Source: Calcarisporiella thermophila CBS 279.70 (Eukaryota > Fungi > Calcarisporiellomycota). From it: DNA of 64,000 nucleotides. The stretch covers positions 1,437,443-1,501,442 of the forward strand of contig NW_027192191.1 of NCBI RefSeq assembly GCF_041956535.1, given 5' to 3'. The notes beneath the pieces were generated by a model that saw only the letters and a program-made list of their open reading frames with translations, did no database searches and was not told the DNA's origin. Below, piece after piece: positions 1 through 12,486 of the stretch (positions are counted from its first letter, which is position 1; each line of letters begins with the position of its first letter). The position numbers were made by a program, and so were the translations under genes.

Positions 1-1
1 A

Positions 2-145
2 AACTCCTCTTCGGTTGTGAGCATCAAGAATCAGGCGAGCACGAAAAAGCGGAAGCCAACAGAGACAGCGGCCGAGATAGCAGCAAAAATGAAAAAGGCG
101 AAGACGGGCAAATCAAAGATGAGCAAAAAGACGCGTCGGTCATAA
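2..145 (+). CDS. 3' end of a gene entering from the left; Lys-rich C-terminus resembling Kre33/NAT10 RNA acetyltransferase
   Basis: Frame 2 reads NSSSVVSIKNQASTKKRKPTETAAEIAAKMKKAKTGKSKMSKKTRRS* (TAA 143-145), followed by an AT-rich 3' region. The VVSxK..KKR...AxxI pattern recalls the Kre33 tail, but only 47 codons are visible. Confidence 0.4.
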   Translation, partial: NSSSVVSIKNQASTKKRKPTETAAEIAAKMKKAKTGKSKMSKKTRRS

Positions 146-638
146 AAAATGCATTCACATGTTTTAGACAATAAATTTAAATTATTAGAAAATATAAAGC
201 GTAAAAGTAGCTGTTATAGGAAGGTGGCAGTGCTCTCGCGTTGTTACAAAAGCATAAACTTATAAAGCACCCCATTGCATTTCCCCGTGCAGCTTACACT
301 TACTAATTAAAAATGTACACGCTCGTCGTCTTTTTTGTTATTCAAACATCAGCCGAGATGTACTCCGGTATTTCTTTTCCAATTATTTAAGGGAAAAGAC
401 AATGGGCTAATTGTCATTGTATCTTTGCGAATGGAAATTTATGGCTGTGGCAATGCGCCAATTGTAACACGAGAAGTTTAATTCGTGCCAGTCTACCGCT
501 CTAAGTTTATGAATACTACCAAAAGTAAAACTATTATCACCAACTAAATACTTTATTACAATTGTTGAATAAATTAACTATCAGCTCAAGACCAAGTTTG
601 AATTAAGAAAAATGATAGCAGTAATCGGGAGAGGTGGC

Positions 639-1503
639 CTAGTTGGCCGAATACGTCACAGTAGGGATAAGCATCGTTGAAGTCGGGCCAGTTAGCGGTG
701 GAAGGGTGACGTTGACAGGCAAATTCTTGCACTTGAGATTCCATTGCGAAAATGCACTTTCCGATTTTTCAGCGAGACTCCGGTACTCAGCATGTTCAAC
801 TCGTCCATATGTTATCGTATAAGCCGCAACCTTCTGCATACAAGTGTTACAAAGCACTGACTCGGGCATATAGATGAGCATATCTTCCATCCTATATGGC
901 GAGAGGATGCCATCATCGCTGGGGCGTAGTTCTGAAACGGTGACAAAAGTGCCGCGAGTGTATTGAGTTATATTAAGGTAAAGCCGCAGAGTGAAAATGG
1001 GACAGTAGGTGCCATCCTCCGATTTTCCACAAGCTAACGATAGAGGAAAATGAGTCCAGCGTAGCAGGAGAGAATCATAGAGAATGGGATAAAGTAAGGA
1101 AAGAGAGCCTACCAAAGTCCCTGAAAGTAGGCAGCTCTAGATAGCGATTTAGGGCGTAAGTAACGGTCTGGGATTTTGCCGCAATTTCCGCTGCACACGC
1201 CTTTTGTACAGCTTCTACTGCACTCTTCACCTCATCCATTGGGCAATACTCGAAACTCGCACAGTATGCATCATAAGCTGCCTTTGCAGTGGCCGGGTTT
1301 GCAGAGAGCGTATCTGCAACTTTTGGTAAATTGCGAGGGAAGCAGTTGCCTCGAAAACGTTCGTTGTTTCTCAAACTGTTTAAACTGTTGTCGCATTCGA
1401 CGGACAAAATTGCCACCTGGCGTTTGCTAGGTGCAGCGCCAGCATCAAGAACACACACCGCTGCGAGGACAAGAGTTAACAAAAGAAGCGCATCGAACTT
1501 CAT
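639..1503 (-). CDS. Secreted Cys-rich fungal protein (2 exons)
   Basis: ATG at 1503; signal peptide MKFDALLLLTLVLAAVCVLDAGA then a KR Kex2-like site; multiple spaced Cys. GT-AG intron ~1034-1112 joins ORFs 1075..1569 and 639..1115. Pro/Thr-rich tail. Confidence 0.75.
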
Positions 1504-2051
1504 AGCGGCTGAGGACTTAATAAATAATACGGGGAACAAGAAGTAAAGGCGGTGGAGAGATGCCCGCACATCAGCACGTTTTATGTGGCCCGTTAGTGGC
1601 AGTGACTCCCTTTTAAGCTGAATAATTTAACTCTACAGCCACCAAACTTCCAACCATTGGGGGTTGGTGAAATTCTAACTGCAACGATAAACGGATTGAA
1701 AACCATCCGACGTCTGAACCATTTTGAAGGATTGGATGATTCGGGAGGCTATGCTTACCGGATTCAATATTGAAAAAGACCATGATCTCTGTGAAATACT
1801 TTAGTGCAACAATAGTGCGTAAAACATTGAAAATATTGTGTAAAAGAGCTACGAGGCACATAAAGTGCTTTGGGGAACAAAATAAGGAGACAAGCCTAAG
1901 TCCGAGGGGTTGCATGCAAAAGTAAATTTAAATAGAGAGTTCAAAATTTGAACTTTCTTGATTTATTCAAGAGTAAGGCTTTAAATATTCGACGTCACAA
2001 AATCTCGAACTTACTCTTCTCGTGCTCTATCGGTTCTTCACCCAGGATGGC

Positions 2052-3479
2052 ATGGGGGAGTTCACCTTTTGCCACCTCTGTAAATGCAATCACCAGGACG
2101 GGCGCCGCCATCTCTACTCAAAATCACACCAGTCGCGTCTAAGTGCAGTGATTGATAAATATAAGACTGGTTTGCAACGTTACCGTGTGCACCTCTCAGA
2201 TCCACTCCCACTCGAAAGTGTGTTGCAGCAACCGACTTTCTGGTGCCGATTCTGTGAAAAAGAAGTGAAGCCGTGTTACTCCTCAGAAGATAGACAATAT
2301 TTTGCGTAGGATAATTTGATTTTTTCCGTCTGGATCTATGCCTATTTTTCTAATTTATCTGTTGGCCGAGCTAGATCTCATATTTTTCAGCACATCGCAG
2401 ACCCCCAGCACTCCGAATGTGTCGAGAACTTTTTTCGCACAAACAAGGGTGACATCAAGCTTAAGTCTCAGCTGATTCTTTCTTCCAAGGATTTGAAAAA
2501 AGTAATGATCAAATTTATGCTCCCCTTTGTTTCTATGTGCGTTTTTACCTATTTTGTTGAGGTTTTAGTATGAGCGGAAAGTGCGATTAAAGAATAAACA
2601 GTTTGACGATGCAGAGCAAAAGCAGCAGAATGATGGAGAAAAGCAGAAAAATGAGCAGTATCAATATGAACTTCAGCTCGCGGAAATCCCCCCAGAAACT
2701 ACAGTTCAAAGCAGTGTCCTACCAGGTGAGCTGTTATGCAGTATATACTTGTCTTCAATCATGTCTCTTATTTCCTTTACTTATAGATCGATATTTGGGA
2801 ACTACCGCACCTCAATTGTATTCAAAACGCGTAAATGAGGGAGTGATGGCAAGGAAGGACGAAGAAGAAGGGGAAGAGGAGGATATAGATTTATTTAATG
2901 GTAATGGGACAACTTGCCATTTTATTCTCCATTTATGAACTGGACCAAGTTTTATCAATTAGCATCTCATCTGACGAGAGTCAAAATCCCACAAGTCCAA
3001 GGTGTAGGAAATGTATTTACGCCAGGCAGCAGTAAGTTTAAAATCTTTGTATCCAATCGTCAACCAGTCCCTCACTTGCACATGTATTATCCCGGTACAC
3101 AGTACCTCCTTGGTTACAAGATGATGATTCCGGGACAAGCGTCAGTTCCAGTCGCGAGATTGGTCCGCCAGTAGAAGCATTTTTGCGAGCTAAGAAGATG
3201 GAAATGAAGCGCAAATTGAACCCGAAGCGGGTTGGAGCAACTATTGATCGAGGTAGTGCTTCTCAATGAGGATTATTGCAGGGAAATGGACTAATTTTCT
3301 CACCCCCTCCCCCCCATACTTTATCCCATGTAGAGTTGCCGGTTGGCAAAAATTGGCTTCCAAATTTCGGGCGGGTGTGGAATGCTGGCTCGAGACGTGT
3401 CACTAGGTTGGAGTTTTTAGAGGAGCAGCAGCAGAAAGAGGAGCGGAACCCGGGGAAAGGAAAAGAGAGAAAGTTGTGA
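2052..3479 (+). CDS. CENATAC: CCDC84/CENATAC (TITAN-like) minor-spliceosome zinc-finger protein, 7 exons
   Basis: N-terminal FCHLCKCNHQDGRRHLYSKSH and FWCRFC...HIADPQH zinc fingers. Spliced C-terminal motifs GNVFTPGSIPPWL, IGPP, KLNPKRVGA and WLPNFGRVWNAGSR match the CCDC84 family signature. Six GT-AG introns keep the frame. Confidence 0.9.
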
Positions 3480-3887
3480 TATGGCGGATACCCTTTGCGG
3501 GACATACTCTTTTTGGGGACTGAGAATCGTGGCCCGTTTTCTAATTTATTGGTGATACCGAGGGTAGTTGAAAGACGGCAGATTTATTGTTCTGTTTATA
3601 AAACACTGAACAACTGTGTGGAGAGACATTTCTAATCAAATGTTGTATGAAATCGGATAAAGAAATAGTGTTGAATAAAAATAGAGATTGATGCATATCC
3701 TATATACATAATCCAATCAAAAGAGGCAAACAAAATCACAAAAAAAAACTCAACTTTATGAGTTGATGATAGATAGAAATATATATTTATATACCAAGAA
3801 ATAGAGCAAACAAAATTGGATTTACGCAGAGAGCAAAAACGTCCATTACTGGCTTACTTCGTGGGAAAGAGTGCGGAAGAATGTAAT

Positions 3888-4604
3888 TTACACGATGCCG
3901 CCCATAGATATTGCGATGAGTATCTGTGCGGCCTCCATGACCTTCTGGCCCGTGAAGCAGTGCTCGCGGTGTGATTCGACCTCGCCCTTTCTGACGACTA
4001 CACCACACTCAACGCATGCCTCTCCTCTAGGGAACACTTCACCCATCGCCGGCGTAGCTGGCTTATAATCGATTGGAGAAAAGCCGACTGTATTGGAGTG
4101 TGACGAAGCGGGAGAAGGTTGAACGGTATTGGCAGTGGAAGAGGCGGAGGAGGAGGACGCCGACGACGAGGAGCGCTTACCCCTCCCTCCTTTGCGCTTA
4201 GGCTCCTCGCCAGGAGCACGCTTGATACGTTTTGCCACCCGCCCATCCTCTACGCCGATGTTGTTCGACGGCGACGACGACAACGGCTGGATCCTAAATA
4301 TATTGGTGAGTCCCCGCAATCCAGTTGAAACAGGTTGCCGGGCATGCTGAGAGCTTATCGGTGGGGATGAATGGAGGGCGGGCTGCTGGGGCTGCTGTTT
4401 TTGCTCGTGCGGGAGGGGAAGCGGAGACGGGTAATGTGATGATGGAGGCGCAAATAGCGGAGGGGGCGGGAGCACGATTAGCGGCTTTGGGGTGCTCTCT
4501 GGGGCAGGCTGCTGGTGGAATATGGGTCGGAGGGTTTGAGGAGGCGACAGGGGGCGAAGGTATGGGTCATGCATCTGATGGAGGGCGAGATTGGTGTTGG
4601 TCAT
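3888..4604 (-). CDS. Pro/Ser-rich nuclear protein with C-terminal C2HC (TRAF/UBZ-like) zinc finger
   Basis: ORF 3888..4832, likely ATG at 4604 (MTNTNL). Basic NLS KRIKR..KRKGGRGKR, finger CVECGVVVRKGEVESHREHC, terminal amphipathic EAAQILIAIS motif. Confidence 0.6.
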   Translation of the reverse strand: MTNTNLALHQMHDPYLRPLSPPQTLRPIFHQQPAPESTPKPLIVLPPPPLFAPPSSHYPSPLPLPHEQKQQPQQPALHSSPPISSQHARQPVSTGLRGLTNIFRIQPLSSSPSNNIGVEDGRVAKRIKRAPGEEPKRKGGRGKRSSSSASSSSASSTANTVQPSPASSHSNTVGFSPIDYKPATPAMGEVFPRGEACVECGVVVRKGEVESHREHCFTGQKVMEAAQILIAISMGGIV

Positions 4605-5010
4605 ATCCGAGGGAAGGTTGTGAGGGAATAATCTGGCGAGCGATGGGATGATTATGGGAGATGAGCGGTTGGAATTGAATGGTAATTTTCTCCTTTGCTG
4701 ACTGGAATAGGCAAAAATAACAAGCGCTGACAATGACAAGTAGAGTTCAGGAGAAAAAGGAAAAATATGGATGTTCGGACTTCCGTTACGAAACCAAGCA
4801 ATTTTATTGGCACTCCCTCCGCTAGGTGACACAAAATAATAACAATAAAAATAATAATATCAAAAACTGAAAGATAAAGAGGCGTGTAAGAAAGAAAGAA
4901 AAGGCTCGTTTTTGACGACGACATTAAAAAAACGTTAAAAAAGAAAAAAAAAGAAAAAAAAGAAAAAAAATGGAATCCACAGACTCCCGGTGCTGGCCAG
5001 CACGGAGAGT

Positions 5011-8000
5011 CTACTGGAAAGCGTCCTCTCGGTCGGCCTCGTTCACGTCCTCGCCAATATCCACAAAGTTGAGGAAGTGGGAAGGCCGGTGGACCTCGTG
5101 GTAGAACTCCTTCGGCAAATCGATGACAAGCCCGTAGCGCATGTCTGCGCGATGGGATGGCCCCATGAACGAGTAATTCCATATGCCAGTGTCCGGGACG
5201 AGGTAGGCGCCCATGAAGCGATCGGACAGCAGCAGCTGAACGCGCTCGTACATCGAGGGAGAGTAGCCCGCAGGATTGGCCCCCGTGTCTTTATTCTTTC
5301 GGCCCCATTCAAACCCAGCAGGGGTCAACTTGTATGCCGTGAGCGAACACGATCCGGGCGTGAAGGCACATGTAATCACCACCGTCTTCTCCCCGTCCCA
5401 CGATTTATTCTCCGCCATGATCTTTGCGTGCGTGGTCACATCGATCGGGGAGAGCTGCGGCAGCTCGTTGGGCTGGGTGTGGACCCAGCCAAGCGGCTCC
5501 ATGTCCTTGAGGTAGTCATGGTCGGGCAGAAGGTCGGGCAGATGCACCTGCTGGTGCGTGCCCCACTGTGGAACCATCACGATGGCGCGGATCTCCTTCA
5601 CCTGCGCATTGTCGGGGGGCGAGACGCCGTAGAGATATCCTGCGATCTGGGTCCGAAGATCGGCGATGGTGATGAACCGCTTGAGAATGTTCTTGGGCAA
5701 CACGTAGGTGTAGCCGGTCTCTCGGATGTCATCCGCGTTCACGTAGATATGGTTGGTGCGCAGGTGAAGATTGGTCGAGGAGATGGCACGCACACGCCAT
5801 TCCGTCTTGGACGAGAACGTTTGGGTCTCGTAGTTGCTGGTCGTGGTGACAATGATCTCGTCGCCGTGCACGTTGTGCGTCTTGGTGGTGACGGCCGTGA
5901 GCTGGGACTGCTCGCGCGTCTGCTTCTCGATCTCGGCGATCTGCTGGCGCTGTAGCGACGGCGCCGAGATCTCCATACCCAAGATAATGTCACGGATCTC
6001 GGACTGGGTGAGCGAGGCGGTGTTGACGTTGTTTTTCTTGCCGTAGTCGCCGAGGATCAAATCCTTCAACGACACCTCGACCTTGATCCATTCCTCGTCC
6101 GTCAGCGTCGGCCAGATGTGGTGCGGCTCCGTGATGGTGCTACGGTCGGGGCGCAGGATCATCTTCGCCTTGTCGTTGTTGACGTGCAACGCCCTGAGGA
6201 TGAGGATCAGACGCGAGAACGCGGTGAAGGACGAGATCGTCTTAAGCCAGTCGTCGTACAGATTGTACAGGACCATCTGGGGCTCAGTCGCCTTCAGGAT
6301 CTGATCACCAAGCTTCTCGACCTTGAGACAGGCTTGGAACGGAAGCTGGAGCTCGGAGCCCTTGATCACAATGTTGGGGAAGTCCAAGCAGTGGACCTCC
6401 AGCGGGTCAAGCATACCCTTGCGCGTCACAATAAGTTGCTTGGGCTGCTCTTCGACCGGGAGCGACCGAATCAGCGCCGCCACTTCTTCCGCCGTCTTCC
6501 ACTTGGCGAGCTGCCCGAGACGCTTCTGACCGGCCCACACGGACGTGTGGATAATCTTGAGGAAGAGCTGGCCCGTGCGAGGGTTGAAGACGAAGATAGC
6601 ACCGTTGATAGGCTTGGTGGTCAAATTGCCCTCGAAGGTCTTGTGGATGGTGACACGGTACACGTTAGTGTCATCGATGAACCAAATGACCTGGTTGCTG
6701 AAGAGCTCGTTGTAGTTGGTCGAGTTCAGGTAGGGCTCGGTGGGCTCGGAGGAGTACAGCTGCAAGGCCTTGCGAATACGCTCACGCAACACATAGAGGG
6801 CAGGGTCCGACTTCATGATCTTAGCCATGGCTTGTTGCACCAGTGGCTTCATGCCCGGGACCCAGTTGCCGTACGAAGACCATAGGTTGTACGCGAGATC
6901 GATGCCGATCATGAGACCGGTGGGGGACGGGTAGATGGACATGTTGTCGGTGGTGTAGTCGAGGAATTTGGCACGGGTGTAGCGCTCGATATCGTGGGAG
7001 TCGTAGTCACCCCAACGAAGCTGAACATCCACCCAAAGCTTATTGGCGCTATTTCCAGGCTCAAACTGGTCACGCGTATCGCTCACAAGCGAGGGCCGCG
7101 ACACGGGCCACTTATACGCTGCGAAGAGCACGATGTCAGCGCACGAGCTGTTCATCTTATAGGACTTACGCGGGTGGATGGCCTCCTTCTGCACCGTCTC
7201 GATCTGCAACGCCTCCAGCTCCTGGTCGAACACTTGGCACAAATCCATCACGACGGATTCGTGGATCTTTTGCCACAAATGGGCACGGAAGATCTGGATG
7301 AGCGAGATCTTCAGGGTGGGGATTTTGCCGTGCATGAAGATACCGGTCAAGTCGAGCTGGACCTGGAAACCGACATAGACGTTGGCACGGTTAATCGTGG
7401 GCGACCACCAAAGGGTGAAGCGACGGTTTGGAATTTGGTTAAGACCGCTGCGCTGCGCATTGGTCAACTTCTTGTACTTCATCGACTCCTCGAAACCGGA
7501 CGACTTCTCCCAGAACAAACCCTCCCAAGTGGAGTGATAGGTGCCCTTGAAGAGGGTGTGCTCCAAGATACCCTCTACACCCCCAAGGGCCTGGATCATG
7601 TCGGTGCGATAATTGTTCAGGGACCAAAGCTTACCATCATGGCGCTGCGACGTCCACCAGAACGGATTGTTCTTGAGGATCTGATACTGTTTGAACTCGG
7701 TTCGCACACGCCATCCCTTATCGTAGGCAAGGGTATGCCGGTCCTTGACAAAGAGGGTGTTGATACGTGGAATACCACGGTCCCACGAATCCTCCAGATC
7801 CTCCAATGTCAGACGGCGATTCTGAGCGTTGGCCTCCTGCCTCTTGAGGGCGTACTCGGCCCACACTCGTTGCGAGTCGATGAATTCCGATTCCCACGGC
7901 TGGATATAGCGGAATAAGTTCGGGATCACTTGGTCCTCCTCATGACTCATACCGGACCGGAAGTGGGTGATGCCAACATCTGTTTGCTTCGACCAGCGCA

Positions 8001-11000
8001 GATCCGACTGGGGAATAAGGATGTGGCCCATCGAGAGCATGCCAAGACCGCCCAGCTCTTTGGGCGAGTAGAACACGACCGGAGGGAAACGCGACGGCAT
8101 CTTCGAGTTGAGCCCGATCTTGATACGGGTCTGAATCTTGTTTTCACACTTGACGAGCAGGTCGAGGAGTTCCCGCGTGTGTACCACAGCCTCACGGAAG
8201 TAGGTCATAAGGCCGATGAGCGCATTGTTCCACTTGGACGCAACCTTGGTAAAGGTCGTGGAGCCGGACGACATGAGAATCTGCCGAATGCGATTGTGGA
8301 ACCGCTGCATCGACTCTTCGTCAACGCGGAGGAATGCTTGCGCGGTGCGCTCCTTAGTCTGCTCGTTGATCAGGGACCAGACACTATCACGCAGCGTGAA
8401 CTGCTGGTTGAGTGTACGGATCTTTGGCAGAATGCGCACTTCGAATCCGGCCATGGAAAAGAGCAAGTTTGGATTATCTTTGCTATATACGCTCACAAAG
8501 CTTTCCTCCCACTCGATGGTAGTGAGGGACCGCGGGAGGCGGTTCTTGATCTCCCAGAAGGTTGCTCTGCCCAAGTTCACATCGCGCTTGAATAACCGCA
8601 TGCGACAGTCTCGCGGCCAACAACGCTTGTTCGGATAGCCGACGATATTCTCGAAGTTGGGGTCGGGATTCTCAGTAAGGAAGCGTTGGATAAGGTCCCG
8701 AGCCTCATCAGCATTGAAGCGGAAGAAGATGTATATCTTGTCGATGTAGCGCATGTAGAGTCGGATTGGGTGACCGACTTCCGTGACCACATTGCGATAC
8801 TGCAAGAAGTCGTTGGGCATGTTGGGAGGACCGGCCATTTCACTTGCGCGCTTCAGACCAAGCACAAGCAGGTCGAGCACTAGACCGTAATATTGCACGA
8901 TAAAGCTCGCGAATTGCAACCCGCGGATCAATCCGTAGGCATTGGTGTGGTTGCAGTCTTTGTAGGTGAGAACTACGTTGTTTTTCGCGGTCATGTAGTC
9001 GGCGATGTTGTGGTCGACGATCAATCGCAAAAGGCGATTGAGCAGCGTCAGGTCAATCTTTTCGTAGAGGTGGCTGAACGTGCTCTGCAGCATGACATTG
9101 CACTGATCCTCGGAAATTTCCCACACGTCTGTGAGGTTGTTGATTCCTTGGCACCACTTATACACGAGCAATGGCGGTGGCTCCGAATCGCTGGGTTTAA
9201 TCCATGCGGGCCAAAGGTGGCGCTTGTCGGCTTCATACCACAGGTATTGATCGAGGTATGCGTCCGTGATTTTTTCCAGAGGCTCGATGTCGTAGACCGG
9301 AATAAGATGGCTGTACAGGTCCATAAATTCGATGCCGACCTCCTTGAAGGCGCGACTCGTTAAGAGGAGACGCTTAATTCGTGACAAACACTCGTGTGGA
9401 CTGTCGTAGGCCTGTTCGATCAAGCCCAGCTCTTCACGCTGACTTTGGTTGAGACGCCCCTTGACGCTATACGCTTCACGCAGTCTCTCCAAGGCCAGGA
9501 TCAACAGCTTCGTGTCATGCTTGTAGTTGAGGGGAGGGAACTGGATTGGAGAGAACTTTCGGCTCTCGAGCCAGTGCACGGTGGTGGTGTAAATAGCCAC
9601 CGCCTCCTCTGTGGTGATGTAGGGACCGTCCTTGAGGTAGTTGTGCTGGCGTTCCTGTTCCGCCTTGAGCCACAAACGAGTCAGTCGTCCCAAATTCTTC
9701 TTCGCGACCGTCTTATCCACGGTGGCGCCGCGACGAATACGCTCCCGATTGTAGTGGGCAACGCTGGTCCACCAGTCCGCCTTTGACTTGACGTAGCGCA
9801 GGATCAAATTTTCAATTGGGGCCGGCATTCCGGGCACTCTCCACGGGATATTGGCCTTCCAGCATCGCCATGCTTCCGACAAGTGCTGCAGAATAGTCTT
9901 GCTCTTGTTCTGCTTGACTCCGGGCGGCATCATGTCCAAGATGTCGTGCATCACGGCGGCACGCAACTCTAGATCGTAGTGGGACTCCACACGTTGCTTG
10001 GTGACGGTCTTCGCAATCCCCTTAGAATTACGGCCCTCGAAGTGCCGAGCAAGCAGGTTGCCAAGCCATCGCTCAAGCAATGGCACAATACCTCGCATGA
10101 AGAAAAGCCAAACACGCCAGCCAGGGGCCCAGAACCCAACACCAGGGCCTTTGCCGACGGGGCCGGTATTGAAGCGGTAGTAGATCAAATGCTTCAAATC
10201 TTTGGTCATGCGAATTTGTTTCATCAGCTTGTACTTGTACCGGTACATCCCAGTCAGCTGACCCACGTGAGCAAAGATGTATTGTAGACCGTCCGCCAGC
10301 TGGAACGCGTCCACATTTCCCAAACGATACTGTACATGCGAGTCCACAATCAACTTGGTGAGACGCAAGATTTCACGGCACAGATGCATACTGTTTCCGA
10401 ATCGCGACTTCTTACGCTCTTTTGTCGTCAGTGTTTTGACCGGTTTCAAGTTGAAGTTGTAGTCGAGATGAAGGTAGTTGAGGTTCTTGCGGTGAATCAG
10501 CAAATTAAGCATATTGTATCCCTGCCGACACACCTGTAGACCGGCCTCAACCCAATCTAACTGGGTGGTTTGGAAGAATTTTGTCGCTTTAAGTTGGCGG
10601 AAAAGATATTTTTTGTTGAGTGCGCGCGGCGGCCTGTGCTTAAGCGCGTTGTGTACGTAATTTTTGAGTAACTACATCACAATAAGAGGGCTGTCAGTGA
10701 GCAGGACTCTTGCAGAATATATTTTTCTATCAAATGTAAATTACCTTTTGGTAGGAGACTCGCACTTTTACCGGTTGTCCCGGAGGACAATGTTCCAAGT
10801 ACCAGTTTTTCACCAGCGGTACATCTTGTGCACGGCGGGTGCGGCCGCTACGCTTGTTGAATGGATGAGGGGCCCAGTAGATTGCAATTGCATTGGCGGT
10901 GTTTTCGGTTGAAAGGGGAGTCTCCTCCAGGAAAGGAGCTACCTCCTCGGGCAATTTGAACTCCTCGTCCTCCATCTCGTCGCCGAAAATCTCTTGCAGG

Positions 11001-12263
11001 TGTGCATCCGAGGCCTCATGGGACTCGATACCCCGTAGTGAAACCGGGTTAATGATTGGATCATAATAGAATGCAGGCAAGTCCGGGTCTTCCGCACGCA
11101 CATATACTACAGTTGGATAATGATACCACGACAAGTGTACTGATCGCGGCAATGAATTGTACAAAAATGGGAATGCAATACGGTATTCAGTGCGAATCGG
11201 CTGGCGAACAATGATCCGTCGGATATCATTGAACTCGTTCCAGTCTTCATCGGCCTGGTCAAGATCACGATAAAGGGGTTCAAACTTGGGACCACCAGGG
11301 ATAGCCATGTTCAACGCCTTGGCCGTAAAGAAGGACGGCAAGTCGAACAGGTAGAAATAGTTGCGGTCGGTTAAATCCGAGAGCAACTGGTGTGCCAGCC
11401 GATAAAGAGTGGACATGATAGGAAGATCCAGTTTCCACTTTCGATAGCTAGGCCCATTGACAAATTTTGTGTCGATCAACGGCTTATGCTCATAGAACCA
11501 TTCGTACACCGCCTTATCTTCTTCTTCATCAAGGTCAAGTTGGATGGGCTCGAGAGGTTCCACGCCAAGGATGTTGTCACCATAATCGAGTGGAGGCTCT
11601 TCGTCATCGAATGGTGGGAAGCGCATGCGCTTGAAATGGCGACGATCACGCTTTTCTCGGCGCATCATGATCCACATAGTACCCCATTGAGCAATGTATA
11701 TTGGCTCGATTACCCATGGAATCTCATTTACAAATGTAATAGCACCGGTAATGTGGTAAAGGATGGGGACATAACGGATCTAGAAATGATTCTAAATGAG
11801 TACGCAGTTTAATATGAAACATCGCGAAAAATTTTGAAAGTACCTGTTCCCAAGGCATAGGCATATTCTCCAACAGCTTTAATACGGCATGAGGCACGTA
11901 TTTTAGCGCACCCAAGTAGATTCGCTTGTCCTGGCGGAACTTGCGACTGGACATATCACCATGATCTTTGATGATCTTGCGAACATGTTCAGGAGGCATA
12001 TCTACTTTCTCGTGCTCCATAACACCTATAAAGGAGAGATCAGTCGATTAGCCATTGATCATGTTTAAAAAGGGTGGGATGAAATTGAGATAAAATAAAA
12101 ATCATGAAATGGATATATTACCGAATCGCTTTTTCATCCCATAACGTTTTGATTGCATTTGCTGCCATTTTTTTGCTTTTTCCTGAAGCTGCTCTTTTGA
12201 TAGCTCATAATCATGTAACGCATAACCCCCCTCCTGATATTGGGGATCCTGCGACTGATCCAT
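5011..12263 (-). CDS. PRP8: Pre-mRNA splicing factor Prp8 (U5 snRNP), 4 exons, intein-free
   Basis: Unmistakable motifs [74 protein letters not shown] and the C-terminal MPN domain GWVHTQPNE. Three short introns near the 5' end and a ~5.7 kb last exon. Confidence 0.99.
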
Positions 12264-12486
12264 CGTGGTTTGTTTGTCGAAGAAAACAAGCAAACTGATT
12301 TCTTCAGCGAGGTGTAGAAGCAGAAATTGAATGCGTCGTTTTTTATTTGCGATGAGGCGCAGCCATTTGCAACCTTGTTCTAATTCAAACGTCTTTAAGG
12401 ACAATCCACACATTTAATCCTCTTAAGTGTATTTTCAAACAACAACTCTGTCAAAAATATGAAAATAAAATCAACGAAAAATTACA

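Noticed and set aside
580-645. Possible frameshifted GPI tail after the stop of the secreted protein
   Set aside because: Alternative frames give only weakly hydrophobic tails, so there is no solid evidence of a frameshift or readthrough.
7440-7560. PRP8 intein
   Set aside because: WEK-SGFEES is contiguous, and no intein or LAGLIDADG sequence is visible anywhere in the 1840-aa ORF.
4990-10290. Long plus-strand ORFs opposite PRP8 (e.g. 4990..5955, 6994..7917), and similar ORFs opposite Lon, the MFS gene and the GPI protein
   Set aside because: Antisense or alternate-frame shadows caused by high GC3; no recognisable domains.
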